From: Lytechinus pictus
Taxonomy: Eukaryota
NCBI RefSeq assembly: GCF_037042905.1
Contig: NC_087245.1
Location: 7,504,001 to 7,568,000, forward strand
DNA: 64,000 nt
Reading direction: 5' to 3'
How positions within the stretch are numbered: position 1 is the stretch's first letter; each line of letters starts with the position of its first letter. The position numbers and the translations under genes are program-made. The notes under the pieces are model-generated. The model worked only from the letters and a program-made list of their open reading frames with translations, ran no database searches and was not told where the DNA came from. This document shows positions 25,403 through 40,400 of this stretch, in pieces.

Positions 25403-28400
25403 ATGGCGCTGATAACAGGTCTCAAAAAGCTCCTGTTAGTGGTTGCCTTAGTGGCTACATCATGTCTTCAGTGTGCCATGTGTCAAATGAATCCAGAGTT
25501 TGGAAGTATAGTAAGAAGATACAAAGAAGGTAAGTTGGTTGAAATTCACATAAAATTGGAGTCACAATCACAAGCGCATAGTCACAAACATGAAAAAGCA
25601 TCTACTTGTGGTTAGGATATATTGTTACAAAGTCACCTTACAACTGTCGTCTGTACTCTGTAGGCCTAGTCTGCATAATGAGGAAAGTTAAACATTTTAT
25701 TTACACCTTCTTTACCAAGCTCAAATAACGATGATATATTAAATGATGATTGTGAATGAATTACTAGACGAGTACAGTAAGCAGATCATTTCTGTTGATG
25801 GAGGTGATAGGATAAACTGAATTTCTTTGCGATATGTCGACGCCATTGGTCAGTTTTGCTTCGTATAGATCATACATTCATAGCTACATATATACCCTTG
25901 GAATTGTTACTTTCTCTCATCACATTCATCAAGGCTAATTCTTTGCTTACCACTTTGCTCATTGTATTGCCTATTATACTGATTATTGTATTCACTAATC
26001 ACATTTCATTATTATAGAACCCAACGACGTTTCCCAAAGATAGTGAAGAGTGCTACACACTTTAATTTTGGTTGTAGCCTACTCCTGAGATCTGTGCCAC
26101 ACTCACAACGAAACCCACTTCAGGGGTTCCTTTTTAATAAAACTCGTTATGATACCAAATTTGCATAAACAGTGAATAGCTACTGAAATCCTTAAATCTG
26201 ATTGGCTCATAGTAAATTTGTTATAGAAACTGTTCATTTGTTATAATAACATGTCTTTATGGAACGGGACCCAGAATGACTACCATGGTGTTAAACAAAT
26301 AACATACCATCGGTAGGTTTTATCTATTTCGATGACTAGACTAACCAAGAAATTATGTTTGAAACTTTGATGCCCCTAATAGTTCATAATCATATCCCCA
26401 TTGTCTTTTAAATAAAATCAACAAATTAAATAGTATCTGAATTAAGTTGATAACAAAATGAAAAATAATAACTGTGCATTGTCACTGTATATTAATGCTG
26501 ATTCTAAAACAAAAAAGTACAGCCATTACTGTCTTGTTCCTCCCCTTGCTCTCTCTCACTCATTTGTGTTTAGATGCGAGAGCTAGAGCAGATGTATCTT
26601 CCAAGGAGGATCTCAAAGTATTACTTACGGAACGAGGCGTAGATGTAGAGAATATGGAGTCGATTTTGAACGATGATCATAGACTTGCGCAGGTTTGTTT
26701 AATGGTATTCTGAGGAGAAGATGCTCACTTACCTATGGTGCAAACAGGGGCAAATACGCGAAATTCACATTTGGGCCGAGGACTCAAATACAGCACACCA
26801 AGAACACCCTGTGCCGTGGGCCTATTGGGAATGGTCCTAAACATGCTAATGATATTATGTTCTTTGAATCTTTCATGTCCTCGGTTATCGGAAGTAAAAA
26901 TATATATATATGATGCTCCTCGGCGCGTTCCTGCACACACACACAAACGTCCTCGGTTATGTCGTGATGTATTCCAGTTTCACCGTGTACGTGAAGGTGG
27001 GTGGGCGAGAGGGTGAACGTGTGTGTGTGTGTGACGGAGAGAACGAGCACGAGAGAGAGGCCCCCAAAATGATAGAGGTGGGTGGATCCACCATAATAGC
27101 TATTAAAGGCAACTTGGATAAAAATTCATATCTGAATATCATACCTTCTATTTGACACAGCACAGAACCGCGGTGGTCATTGCGGAGTTACACATATCGA
27201 TTGCGCCTTGCTCATAAAACAATTTCATGTATATACCTGTTTGATCGTCGTGAGTTCTGGAGTAATGATTCTCACTGGCATGTGTAGCCTAATTAATGAT
27301 TATGGTCAATAAATGTACAAGAGATGGTAAATACAAAATCAATATAGAGCTTTTATGTGAAATTATCTAGATCATGGATCAAAGAATCCTTATAATGTAT
27401 ATTTTGTTATCAAAATATGTTATGATTAAAATGTATTTCTTGATTTTAAAAGAAGAATGGACATTAGACAAAAAAATCTAAAAGGATCTGAACAAAAATG
27501 TTATAAAGAAGTGGCATACGAAGAATTCACAATGGATACCATGGTTACATTCATGCAGATGTCGAAGATGACGACATTGTCGCAGACAAGGCAAAGATTA
27601 GAAAGAAAAAAAAACTGCTGATCTTGCTTTTTGTGGAAGAATAGTTAAATCGCTGATTGAGGATAAATTATGATAAATAAGAACATTCTAATTTTCTTCA
27701 CAATTATTATAGTTTGTGAAGACCCATCTGAGCGAGGCTGTAGAAGGTGCCAAGCAGGTTGAAATAGAAGGCAAACTGTGGTATGGTCTTGATGATGATA
27801 CACTCCTATCCGAGATCTGCTTCCAAGATACCATGCAGTACTTTTCTGATCTAGACAAGGGTGAATTATACGCCAGGAGAAGTAAGTAAATTAAACTTTA
27901 TAGACTTGACAGAGAAAGTGATAAAGTAATGTTCCCCACCCGTTATGAAAAAGCCACAGAAGTAAACTGTACGCTTAACTATCTTTCCAACTTAAATTTC
28001 CCTCCAAATGTTGTTCAAATTAATCACATATTAAGACAACCCGCTGATCATGGAAGCTTATCGAATAAAGATTAATTTTAGGTAGCACGTTGGACACTAA
28101 TCCTAACCCTATATAGCCCAGTCCCCTCCATATATATATATATAATGATTTCGGTAAAGCATCGTCTTATACGCCGAATTCAAATGGTGTTATTTGGCGC
28201 CATCATCATGATCGGAAACATGACAAATAGCGATGCTGAATCTATCGATTGTTGCCCATCTCGCTGGTCTGAATATTGTTGGAATCTATGTAATATCACG
28301 CCATACTTTAACATCCAGTTTTCTTGTGGACATATAAAAAAACAGTTTTCTATGTCTTCTTATATTGGACTGAATGCTTAAAAAACAGCAGCTACTTATA

Positions 28401-31400
28401 AAGATTGCAGTAACGGCTATTCTAATCAAACCTAAATGCTAGCTAAAATCAGAGATAATCGTGACACAAGCAAATGTTTCATTTTCGATAAGCATTTGCA
28501 TCTGCCCATGCCTTATGCGTGGCTTGAGACACGGTGGTGCTAACATATCGAAGGCACAAGCCGTCATCTGTTCTCCACCAGAGTCAAACAGCCTTTTTGA
28601 AGCCTTTTATAATCACGTAGGAAAAGATGGACAATAAACTCGTTTTTGTTCCTTAGAAATCTCGTAACGTCTTATGTTCCATCAAATAATCAACTTGTTC
28701 TCAGCTTATTTACTGTTGCAAAAGTTTTGTCGATCTTCTGGTTTTTTTTTAATCGTAACAGGCTATTTTAAGCAAGGGCTCAGGCTTGTATGAATCTAGC
28801 GTGAAAAAAATAATATGCAAGTACGTTGCATGTCTTTGAGCATTTTTTCCCCACTTTGTTTTCGTGTAGGTGCTTTAAGCATGCAAGCAATTGCTCTCTT
28901 TTATGCATTCGGATCTGTGTTTTTGGTAGGTTTCTGCCACAAAACGCTAGTTCGGATTGTAAGTATTCCGATATTTTTTATGTTTTTTTTATAAAACGTC
29001 CATTTTGTGCCAATCTTAACCTGTTAATATTTTACAAGTTTACAGAATGTTGAGAATCTACCTTCATTTTGCTTCCTTTATCATAGTGCGTGGGGCACAC
29101 GGTGACGTCATGTCCGTACTAGAGACGGGTGAATTTACATGGAACTTCAAAGAGTACGGCAATTATTGGCTATGCACATCCAACACAGCAAACAAGACAT
29201 CGGGAGTACCTTCCTTCGACGCCCAGTACTGTGCCACTTTTGGATTCGGGGTAAGAATGGTTGTTAATTCCCACATCCAATCTCACATTTCTCCATGAAT
29301 ACTGTCAACACCCTAAAACAAGAAACGGTTAGAACTAGTTGCATGCACCTCTTCCCACCCTCTCGAGATCACCGAAGTAATTGTGAATAGGCTGTGTATG
29401 TTATATTCATGTTTCCGAATCACTCTGAATACTTTCAACCTGGTATTGTGTCGTGGAACAAATAATATTAAAAAAATAACACGAGAGAGTTGGAGGAAGG
29501 GTAGAATTGGCGAGACAACGACATCAAAATGCAAAGTAATTTCAGTTAGTGCCCATGAAAAAAAATCGTTTTGATATAGTGATATATAGCAATGTCAGTT
29601 GGTTGGTTGGTTGGTTGGTTGGTTGGTTGGTTGGTTGGTTGGTTGGTTGGTTGGTCGGTTGTTTGAATGAGAGCGGATATCATCATGATTGAAAAAAGCG
29701 TTTTATTCCTGAGACAACATTTGAGTTTATTAGCTACACCGTGCATATTAAGACTGGAAATGTGAGGCAAGTGCCGTATAGTAACAAAGGTGTTCACTGA
29801 AAATGATTATATCGATCAGTATATATATTATGTTAAAAACTTTTTTTATTTCATTTATGTTTTTAGTTTGCGGTATGGGGTACATGTTCACCCAATACAT
29901 GTACAACCAAGGAGATTCAAGCAGTATCAGACGCAAGTGAGTATGACAACGGAGTTAAATAAAACTCGTTTCTTCTCAAAATGACAAATTTGGGCCTCTA
30001 TATTAATGCCTTTAGTGCAGGTGCGACTTTCAATATTCTATTCTGAAAGGAAATAAAGTTCAAGACTTGTGTTCATACTGTTAAGTAGTTGTCTACACAT
30101 CCTACTCTTTGTCTCAATCATTGGACAGAAATGTCCAAACCTTATCCTTATTTTTTGAAAGAAAGTCGATTTGAGAATATCATAACGGTTCAAACCTGAA
30201 TTATATGGGTATATAGGCCTACATACCGGTAGTTGAAATATGCTTATATCTTGTTTAGAGCATACGAACGGCTCCATCATTTACGGCGATGGCGCCACAA
30301 TGTAGTCTTTTAAGAGAGTTCTTTAAAAAACGATGTTACTTGGGAGTTATAACTAGATTTTATCGTTTATTTTATAATTGAAAAGTAAAAGGGAAAAAGG
30401 GATAGTCAGGAAAAAAATTCCGGGTTTTCGTTTAAATTCCAGATAATTATGTGAAGCAAGTTTAGCATAAAGCAATTTGGCATGAGAACAAGATAATGAC
30501 GACTATCGCATTATTCGCATAAGACAAACATTCTATATATTGTAATTTAAAGAGATTATTCTTGTTACTTTGTTCTCAGTAGGTCAGTTATTGAGATGTA
30601 TTACATTGTCTTTATTTTCAGTTTGGAAGGCCCTTAATGTAGAGTCACCTGTCTACTATGAATGTAATGAACCAGAGGAATGGAGGACTGCCGATATCGC
30701 ATTCTTGTAAGTTTTTTTTTTCAAAGGTATTTAATGATGCTCACAAGAATACTACTTTCAGCTGCACACATTTACCTATTTCAGGATCAGTCCATGTTCG
30801 GTTTCCATGAGTTGATTATGTTTAATATGTTAGATTACTTAGATTAGGATGTTAGAATCTGTTCAAAAAATATTTGTGCTTTGTAATCGCCAAAATTAAG
30901 TTTACATCTTTTGAACATAGACCATTCATAAAACTGTTGTTACCTTTTAGGGCTCTGATGTCGTTCTTTGTGGCTATGGTAGTAGGAGGTACATTTTATG
31001 ATATCTACCTTCACAAGATGGTTTTGGCCAAGGTATTGCGACAAACGAAAATACAACACAGCGATAATGACCTTGCCAGTGTCGAGTCCAAGACAGCCAC
31101 GTCATCTGTTGATGACCCGGATCTAGAAATGGGTTCAGAGGTCAAAGAAAATGGCGCCAAATGCAATGGAGGATTTGAGAAAGGAGAGGACAATTTTAAA
31201 GATGAGAAGAAAGTGCCCTTGGAGATCAAAGAGGAAGGAATGACTTTGAAGGAGGAGGAGAAGAAGACGAAGATTGACTTGAAGTGGGGTAAGACATTTT
31301 AGTATATACACTCCAATGAATTTTGAACGAAGTTTACTTCGAGTCGTCTCACTCAATAGATTTTAAAATGACCGATTAATTTACCTAATAATACATTTTA

Positions 31401-34400
31401 TTTCATTAAAACTAGACTGCACGTCACTTGTAGAAATTATATAAATGAAAGTAATCGTTTCACTATTTCGTCACAGCCATCCTGGACGGAGTAATGATGT
31501 CCTTCTCAGTTGTTTCCAATTGCCCAAAGATCTTAAGTGCTAAGAAAACGAAGGGTAACTTGGCCGCTCTCAATGGTTTAAGAGTCATCAGTATGTTTTG
31601 GGTCATCCTTGGCCACTCGTTCCAGTTCCAGTTTTCTCACTTCGGTATGTGACAGGCAGTAAGGTTTTTATTTACATACTCATCTCATGAAATTACCACA
31701 ATCATTATTTGAAATAAGAAAAGAAAAGATTAAAAACGTATTTCGCATGCAGTGGTATGATATCGAGCAGGTCACGGGATAGGAAAGTAATTCCACTTAC
31801 ATGGACCATTATGGGTGCATGAAGGTTCCTCGTGGCGGCGTGCAGGGGACAGAGCCCGTGGGGGGGGGGGCAGAGGACAACGCCACCCCTTGGTCAGTGA
31901 CATGACTACCAATTTTAGCCATTATATTACACAGCTGCTCATTGAAGACTTTAAAGGAGAATGAAACCCTTGAAACCAGCTGAATCCATATCAAAGAGAA
32001 AAATCAAAGAAACATATTGTTGAAAGTTTGAGGAAGATTGAATGAATAATAAGAAAGTTATGAGCATTTGAATATTGAGATCACTAATGCCATGTAGATC
32101 CTCCCATTGGCAATGCGACCAAGATCTGTGATGTCACACACGTACAACTCCCTCATTACTTTAGTACTTATTTCACTTATATTCTCACTTTTATAGAGTC
32201 TATCACAAGGTGAGGTGTTCTCTTTATGAGGGGACAAGTACAGAGGTTTCACAACATTATATCATTGATGAATCGTTTGTCATATGATTAGAATGAGCAA
32301 AAAGAGATGTTTTGGGGTATATTTTCAGTGTCCAAAAGGGGAGAGTTGTTCATCTGTGACATCATAGATCTTGGTCGCATTGCCAATGGGAGGCTCTCCA
32401 TAGCATTAGTGATCTCGACATTCAAATGCTCATAACTCTTCTATTGCTAGTCCTATTTTACTCAAACTTTTGTTGATCTTATTCTTAGATTTTTCTGCTT
32501 TCACAAAAACTAACTTGCTCCAAGAGTTTCATTCTCCTTTAAGATGTCCCTTGTCCCCTCCCCCATGCGTGCACCTTAATTGGGACTTTCCCCAACAGTC
32601 AATCATGTCTATAATGATTGACCATAAGTATCATACAAGCTAGACAAAGAACTTTAATCGTTCTTACAGTATTGATAAACGTAAATGTGTTAGATTGTGT
32701 TCTCCCCCCCCCTCTCTCTCTTTCAGAAACTGGTTGCCTGGGTGAATAGATGTCACATGTCTGTTCCAAACAAATTTCTGACATGAATTGCTCCACTTTC
32801 GAATCAATTGTCAAATAAGTTGATAGGCAAAACGTCCTTCTTAATCATTGAAATTCATGAAGTATTGTGTCATAATCAACCGATACTAACAGTGCTAATT
32901 GTTTATGTTAGTTTTGTTTTGAACACACATTCATGTCTTTTTATTGGTTGAGTATGCTAATGGTTGTATTTTTGCTGTTTTATAGACAATGGCAACGAAG
33001 TGTTCACCAAGATTCAAACCTTCGGGTGGTTGGCCGTTGTCAACGCAACCTATTCCGTGGACACATTCTTCGTGCTCAGGTGATTGCCAGTCATGTGATC
33101 AATGATGAACAGGGTTCAGAACCCACTTTTTAATTTCATTATAAAAGAATCATCATTACCATACTTCCAAATCTGATGGCGACAACGAAAGGACAAGGAT
33201 TATTAAAGTTTGTGTCCATGTTGTATTGACTGCAATAATACAATATTTTCATTCAAATTTTAATGACAAAAAATTACAAGGAATCTACATTTCATCTTAT
33301 GAATCTGAATGAGAGCTGAACGTGTGGGAAAAAGATCACCATGACCTAGCTGCAGAAAAAGAAATGTAGTCATGTAATAAGTTAATTAGGTTGTTCGATA
33401 AGCAGATGTGATTCAGGTCTGAACCTCTATGATATTTTCAAGTCGACTTTCATACCAAAAAGAAGGTAAAGTGTGGACATTTCTGCCCAATGCTTGCGAC
33501 ACAGAGTAGGATGTGTAGACAACTAGTATAATAGGAACGAATGTAACTTCAACTTTACACCATTCAGAACAGAAACGTTCAGAATCGAACATGTAAATAT
33601 GCTCCAAATATTACATTGCAAAAGTGCATTGTTTTCCAGTCATAGTTCCCAGTTGATGTGTCCGGAAATGAGGGACACAAGGTACAAGGTATATGGTTAT
33701 AGATTCGATTAATGTTCGATTAATGGTTAGTTGCGAACCTAAAAACTAGTTCAATCAATGTCAACTATCGCTCTTATGAAACGAAACGCTTCCATTGTGT
33801 TTTTTTTTACTCTAGTGGTTTCCTTGTAACGTACATCACCCTGAAGCAGATCGAGAGTAAACGACTAGGTAGTGTTTTCAGCTGGTTCATGTTTTACTTC
33901 CATCGTTGGTGGCGCCTCACTCCTGCCCTAATGGCCAACATCGGAATCTGGGCCTTACTGAAACCACACTTTGCGCAGGGTGTCTTGACTGATGGCTTCC
34001 ATGACCAAGTTCGAACTAGATGCGGCGAAACCTGGTGGGCTTACATGCTCTATATCAACAATCTATACCCATGGCCAAATGACCTTAGCAATACTGTAAG
34101 TATCAGCAGGAGTTCATTGTCATTCAACATACCTAGCAATATTTAATTTCCTTAATGGCTAACTCTTTATTATTAATAAAACAAACTGTCTTTGATTATC
34201 TTGTTACAGAAGTGATGACTGTACTTGGGTCAAAGTATCATTTTGGATTTCGTATAGGCGTGGCAGGAGAGGAATTGTCTTTATATAAAGAGTGCTCTCG
34301 AAAGGGCCATCACCTTTTTTGGATAATTTTCTTTACAATAAACCTGTAATGGCGATAAAGGGAAAATCTGGCGGCGAGTCCATTTCGACCTGTCCAACAG

Positions 34401-37400
34401 GTCTTTGGCCAGGAAGGCCAAGAGAGTTACTCTTATGCAGGATCAATTCAAGTTCACTGTATTTTCTTAATCTCTGGCAAAATCCCTTTTCGTTGATTTC
34501 ATTCTGGTTATGCGTGACAATAAATGTCTAGGTACTTGGTAGATGTCACAGAGCCTAGCAGCATTCAATGAGTTTTAGTGGCTGATGCCAGTTGTTTTCC
34601 TAGTGACAGTGGCAACCTCGCATTTCTTGGTCATAAATTGATTCAATGCATCTTCCAATCTGAGACACAGATTCTTATTTTGTGATTGTGATTGTGATTT
34701 TGTGAGAGATTTCCATTATGTGATTGGCCCACTTACGTTCACACTCTACAGTGCTCCGATATATGATATTGTAAAAGCACATGGATTGGACGCGATGATG
34801 TACGCCGATGACACCCAGATATATTTGACTTTTCAACCAATTGACAGGGCTCAGTCGCTATCCAGTATCAGTGAATGTCTTGCAGATATCAAAGCTTGGT
34901 CTAAAAAAAACATGCTCGCGATGAATGAATCTAAAACAGACATAGTTCACTTCTCATCACGTTTTCGGCCCTCACCTGAATCAGTGTCTGTTGCTATTGG
35001 AAACCAGGTAGTTGAGTCATCCTCCCACGCAAGAAACCTTGGATGCATAATGGATCGCCATCTTATGATGAAAGAACATGTTGCAGCAGTCTGTCGCTCT
35101 GCCATGATTGCCATTCGAAGAATAGGACAGATCAGACAATACCTTGCGACCCAAGCGACGCAGGCCTTGGTCCATGCCTTCATTACCAGCAGGCTTGACA
35201 ACAATAACAGTCTCCTTTTTGGACTTCCGCAAAATCTCATCTCTCAGCTACAAAGAATACAGAACACTGCTGCTAGAATTGTCAATAAAGTCCCTCGAAT
35301 ACAGGATATATCCAAATCACTCAAGCAACTGCACTGGCTACCAGTAGAGAAGCGTATCATCTTCAAAATCCTCGTCATAACATTCAAGAGCATCCAAGGA
35401 AAGTCCCCCTCATACATCGCGAGCATGATCAACACCTACCAACCCTCCCGATCACTTCGGTCATCCAACAAGAACCTTTTAGTTGTTCCCAATGCAACCT
35501 CCCACACCCATGGCGACTGAGCCTTTTCAGTTGTGGCTCCTACACTCTGGAACTCTCTTCCTCTTAGCTTAAGATCCTATTCTTCTCTAAGTTCCTTTAA
35601 AGTAGCACTTAAGATATATCTCTTCCGTAAATAGTATGATGTTTTACAGTTAATATGCCCGTAGTTAAGTTAGTATTTTAGATATGTAAGGTAGTTACGT
35701 TGATAAGTGAGTTTAGTTTATTAAGTTAAGAAGTTAGGTTTTGTGATGTAAAGCGCTTAGATAATTTTTTTTTAGGCGCTATATAAGTATTGAATTATTA
35801 TTATTATTACTTTCTTCTTCATAGTTCTTTATAATTGTTAGATGATCATCATCATTCGCAAATAATCAGCAAAGTAATGTCGTATGTCATTAATACGGTA
35901 GAAGTAGATGCAGAAACTAAGCTACTACCGTTCCGTTCTGAATGTATGTACATAAATTTGATTGTATTTTGCAGTGTTTTGGTCATGCATGGTACCTGGC
36001 AAATGATATGCAATTCTACATCATCAGTCCTCTTATTCTCATCATCCTATACAAGTAAGTGAAATTTAAATATGATATTGGCGTCAAAATTATTGATCGT
36101 CTGATAGTGTTTGGCTATGTATATGAATTAACAACATCAAATGGACATATTTCAAGGCAGATAGCTTGGCAACATAATAATTTAAGATCTTATCAATATA
36201 TTTTTGTTACCAATTCATTAACTTCTTATTGTTAATTTACAGGAATGGTAAAGCAGGATTGGCTCTTATTGCTTCTCTTCTTCTAGTCTCACTAGGATCA
36301 TTGGCTGGTCTTAACTATTATTATGGAGTCAACATGGATCCCTGGTATCAACAACCGTAAGTGATTTTATAAAGCAGTGCAAATCGTTTCATAGAGAATA
36401 CAATGAAAACTGTTTCTGATCTTGATATGAATGAATATAATGGTCATAGTAAAAATTATAGCATTCACATCGTCAAGCTGCAGCGTGCTAAAAAGTCATC
36501 AGTGGAACATCTCATTTCACCCTTATACATTAACTTCAATTTAAAAAAAAATCTTCACCGGTTACCGGTATACAAAAGAATAGAATTCAAAATCTTACTC
36601 CACACATGGAAAACATTGCATGGTCAATCCCCTGTATATCTTCAAGACCTAATCTCAGAATACACTCCAGCAAGAAATCTCAGCTCCTCCACTAACAAAG
36701 AGTTAAATGTGCAAAGAACAACTCCAGGAGAAAAATACCTTTGCCTCTTCAGCTTCGTCTCTCTGAAATGCTCTTTCACGGAGGATGTGATCAGCAGAAT
36801 CAGAATCGTCATTTAAATGATGCAAAACAAATCATCGACATTTCAAATGGCCCATTGCAATAAAAAAAGATTGAAATTGACTAATTCTATCAAATTTCTG
36901 CAGGAGTAAGACTATTTGTTTTTGATGTCCGTGTATTTTCTCTCCATTTGTCCTTTTCTTTTAGTTTTCTGTGCTTGCGAATATGAAGGGATATTTATAA
37001 TTTCTTTAATTTTTCAATCGTCAAAATTCTATTACCTAATAATTCAAATGATCATATTAAACTACAGACCTTATAACGACCGATTAGCAGACTACCCTGA
37101 CCAAGACATAGTCTACGCCAAACCTTATACCAGAATTTCAACTTACCTCGTCGGCATGGTGATGGGATACATCATCTTCAAACTCAAAGGAAAGAAAGTC
37201 AAACTTAGGAAGGTATGAACTGATATTTTTTTTTAATGTTGTAATCATTAAAAAAATACTCAATAGGCTAGAAATGTTTTCAATGGTTGATAACACTGCC
37301 CAGACTAACTAGAAGGTTTTCACAATTGGCTGTGCGACCGTTTAAGGCCACCTGCATCGGATCAGAGGATGTTGCTGCGATCGCTCGGTGTCTTGCTAAT

Positions 37401-40400
37401 ACTCACAGATGTTACAGACGGACTCACAAAGCCGTGATGCCGGGCCGTGATGATCAATGGCAATTCGTGTCTGAAATTTCGAACATGTTTAACTTGAAGT
37501 ACTGCAATCCGATGCGACCACAACTAGGATTTCCCACAAGAATCTCGAGCATGTCAAGTTTTCATAAGAACATAAATGTTTGAAAAATCTTATTAATTTC
37601 TTCCATAGATCTACGTCTTGACTGGCTGGTTGGTTGCTCTTGGCACTCTCTTTGCTGTGGTGTACGGTGCTTATGGTTGCCTAAATCGCTACATAGAACA
37701 ATGGGAGTCAATGATCTATTTGACGTTCGGTCGCCTTGCTTGGGGTATAGGCATTGCTTGGATCATCTTCGCTTGTCTTAATGGATACGGAGGTATAAAA
37801 CGACAATATCTATAAAACACAAGAAAAATATCAATATGATGCCGTTGAAGCCAAAAGCGCACAAATTAAATAAGTTATATGTTGGGTAACATTAGAATAA
37901 AAAAACGAATTTAGTATTAAGGGAGCCTTGAATATAAACAACACTAATTTTAATTTCAATCATTTCTAAATGTATAAAGATGTTACCTGGTTATTCTCCT
38001 GTCGAACCTTCCAGATAGGAGCTCCTCAAATAGACTATATATACTATATCACTCCATCTTAATCCAATACAATCAGGGCTTATTACAATTATTTACATCA
38101 TGTTTTCTGTTGGTCTTCGTGAATACCTTCCATTCGTATTCGTAAGTCTTAAAATCTATACAACTCCAAACTTCATAATGAAATAAATAACTGTTATTGT
38201 AAAGTGGAATAAATTGATACAAAAATGCTAGACTATTACAACGTCTTCATGGAAGGGATAATCTTGGTACATAATTGTTTGGGTTTTTTCTTCTTAGGAC
38301 CTATTGGAGTTTTGTTAGACTGGTCTTTTTGGATACCAATGGCCCGGCTTACATACTGCGCCTATCTGCTTCACCCAACATGGATCTTTGCTGCCGTCAC
38401 TTTCAACAAGACTCTCTTCCATCTGGATTATCTATCGTTTGTAAGTCCGACATTACTCTGCTCACTCTGTTCCAGTGAAAGCGCAAAAACGCTTAATTTC
38501 AACATGAAGTGAGCTTCAGATAAGGACAAGCGCATTCATTAGTGTCTATTTCTATGTTTTATGGTAACTCCCGTAGGAACTCGACAGAACAGCTTTTGCT
38601 GGTAAACGCCAAGCTGGTACCTAGCTAAAATTTTACGTCTAGGTTAATCGGTCAAAGTGGCTGACGTTATAGATGACATATATTACTCTCGGGTCATTTT
38701 ATCAGAGTGGAGATAATGGCAGAGAGGGGATTTCTCAAAACTTCTTGAATCGGCCAACTTGCTTCTGAATCAAGTGGTTATCTTGGGTGATTTCAATATA
38801 CATGTTGACAGTGACACAAATGCAGACGCAAAGAACTTTAAAGATCTACTGGAATCAGCGGGTTTGAGTCAGCGTATATCCCAACCTACTCATATTAAAG
38901 GACACACTCTTGATTTGGTAATTATGAGGGATAATGATCACTCAATTAGGGACATTGTGGTAACCCAGACTTTGCCATCAGATCATTCTGCAATCATCTT
39001 TTCACTCCCCTTCGTGAGACCATCGCCAACATCTAATGTCATTCATGCCCGTATGTTACGTGAACTTGACATTGATCAATTCAAGTTAGATATCATCGAG
39101 TCCTTCGAAGCAGTTACAAACCTAGAGGAAATGGAAATTGACCAGAAGGTACATGTTTTCAATGACTCTCTTGCTTCTAATCTAGATCGTCATGCACCAA
39201 TCAAGAAAAGGAAAGTGAGAGTGCGTCCTTATGCACCATGGTACAACGACGCAATCCGCAAGGCCAAACAAGACCTTCGTGCAAGGGAAAGGAGATGGAG
39301 AAAGACCAAGCGTTCATCTAGAACAGTTGTATCTGATGACATGAAGGAAGCAACGAGAGAATATTACCAACTTGTCAATAACTTTAAGCGTCAGCATCTT
39401 CAAGAACTTATATCCACTAGCAACAGCAAACAACTGTTTCATGTGATTGACAAGATGATTGCTGAAAAGCCTGATAAATCATTGCCATCACATCAGTCAA
39501 GTGCTGAGATTGCCCAGAAGTTCTCAAAGTTTTTTGACAGTAAAATTGAACAACTGAGATCTTCATTTTCTTCCTCTTCTGTTGTTGTGGAGGGGGAAAC
39601 CTGTGATCGTCGTCTTGAGAAGTTTGCGCCAGTTTCCCAAGCAGATGTACTAAAGATTATCAGGTCACATAAAATAAAATCATGTGACCTAGATCCTCTT
39701 CCAGCGCTAATTCTTAGCCAGTGTCTCGAGCTCCTGGTACCGGCCATCACGGACATTACCAACGATTCACTAGAATGCGGAGTCTTCCCTTCGGCGCTCA
39801 AATCTGCTTTGGTCATTCCCACCCTAAAGAGACCGTCACTGGATGCAGAAAGTTTAAGGAACTACAGACCAATTTCAAATTTACCTTTTTTGGGTAAGGT
39901 AATAGAACGAGTTGTCTCAAATCAATTTACTGAATACCTTACTGCAAACTCCCTTCTCGCATCCCGACAGTCTGCATATCGAAAAGATCATAGTGTGGAA
40001 ACGGCGCTACTTCGTGTTCAAGATGATATTCTACAAGCTTTGGATACCGGAGATGATGCTATTCTCATACTTTTGGACCTAACATCAGCCTTCGACACAG
40101 TTGATCACGATGTTCTTCTTTCCAGGCTGAAAACACGATTTGGTGTCTCTGGGACTGTAGCAAAGTGGTTTGACTCTTACATCACTGGACGATATCAACA
40201 GGTGATCATTGATGGCTCACGATCTGAACCAACTCTACTTAAATGGGGGGTGCCGCAAGGTTCGGTTATCGGGCCTGTACTCTTTACATGCTACACGACA
40301 CCGTTGGAAGATCTTATTCATTCCTATGGATTCTCGTCTATGATATATGCTGATGACACACAATTATATATCTCATTCAAGTCTGGACAAGCTCTCCGAA

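Noticed and set aside
35518..35520. In-frame TGA as selenocysteine or readthrough
   Set aside because: The position corresponds to the Arg of GDR in the sister LINE; CGA->TGA decay in a truncated copy is the simpler explanation.
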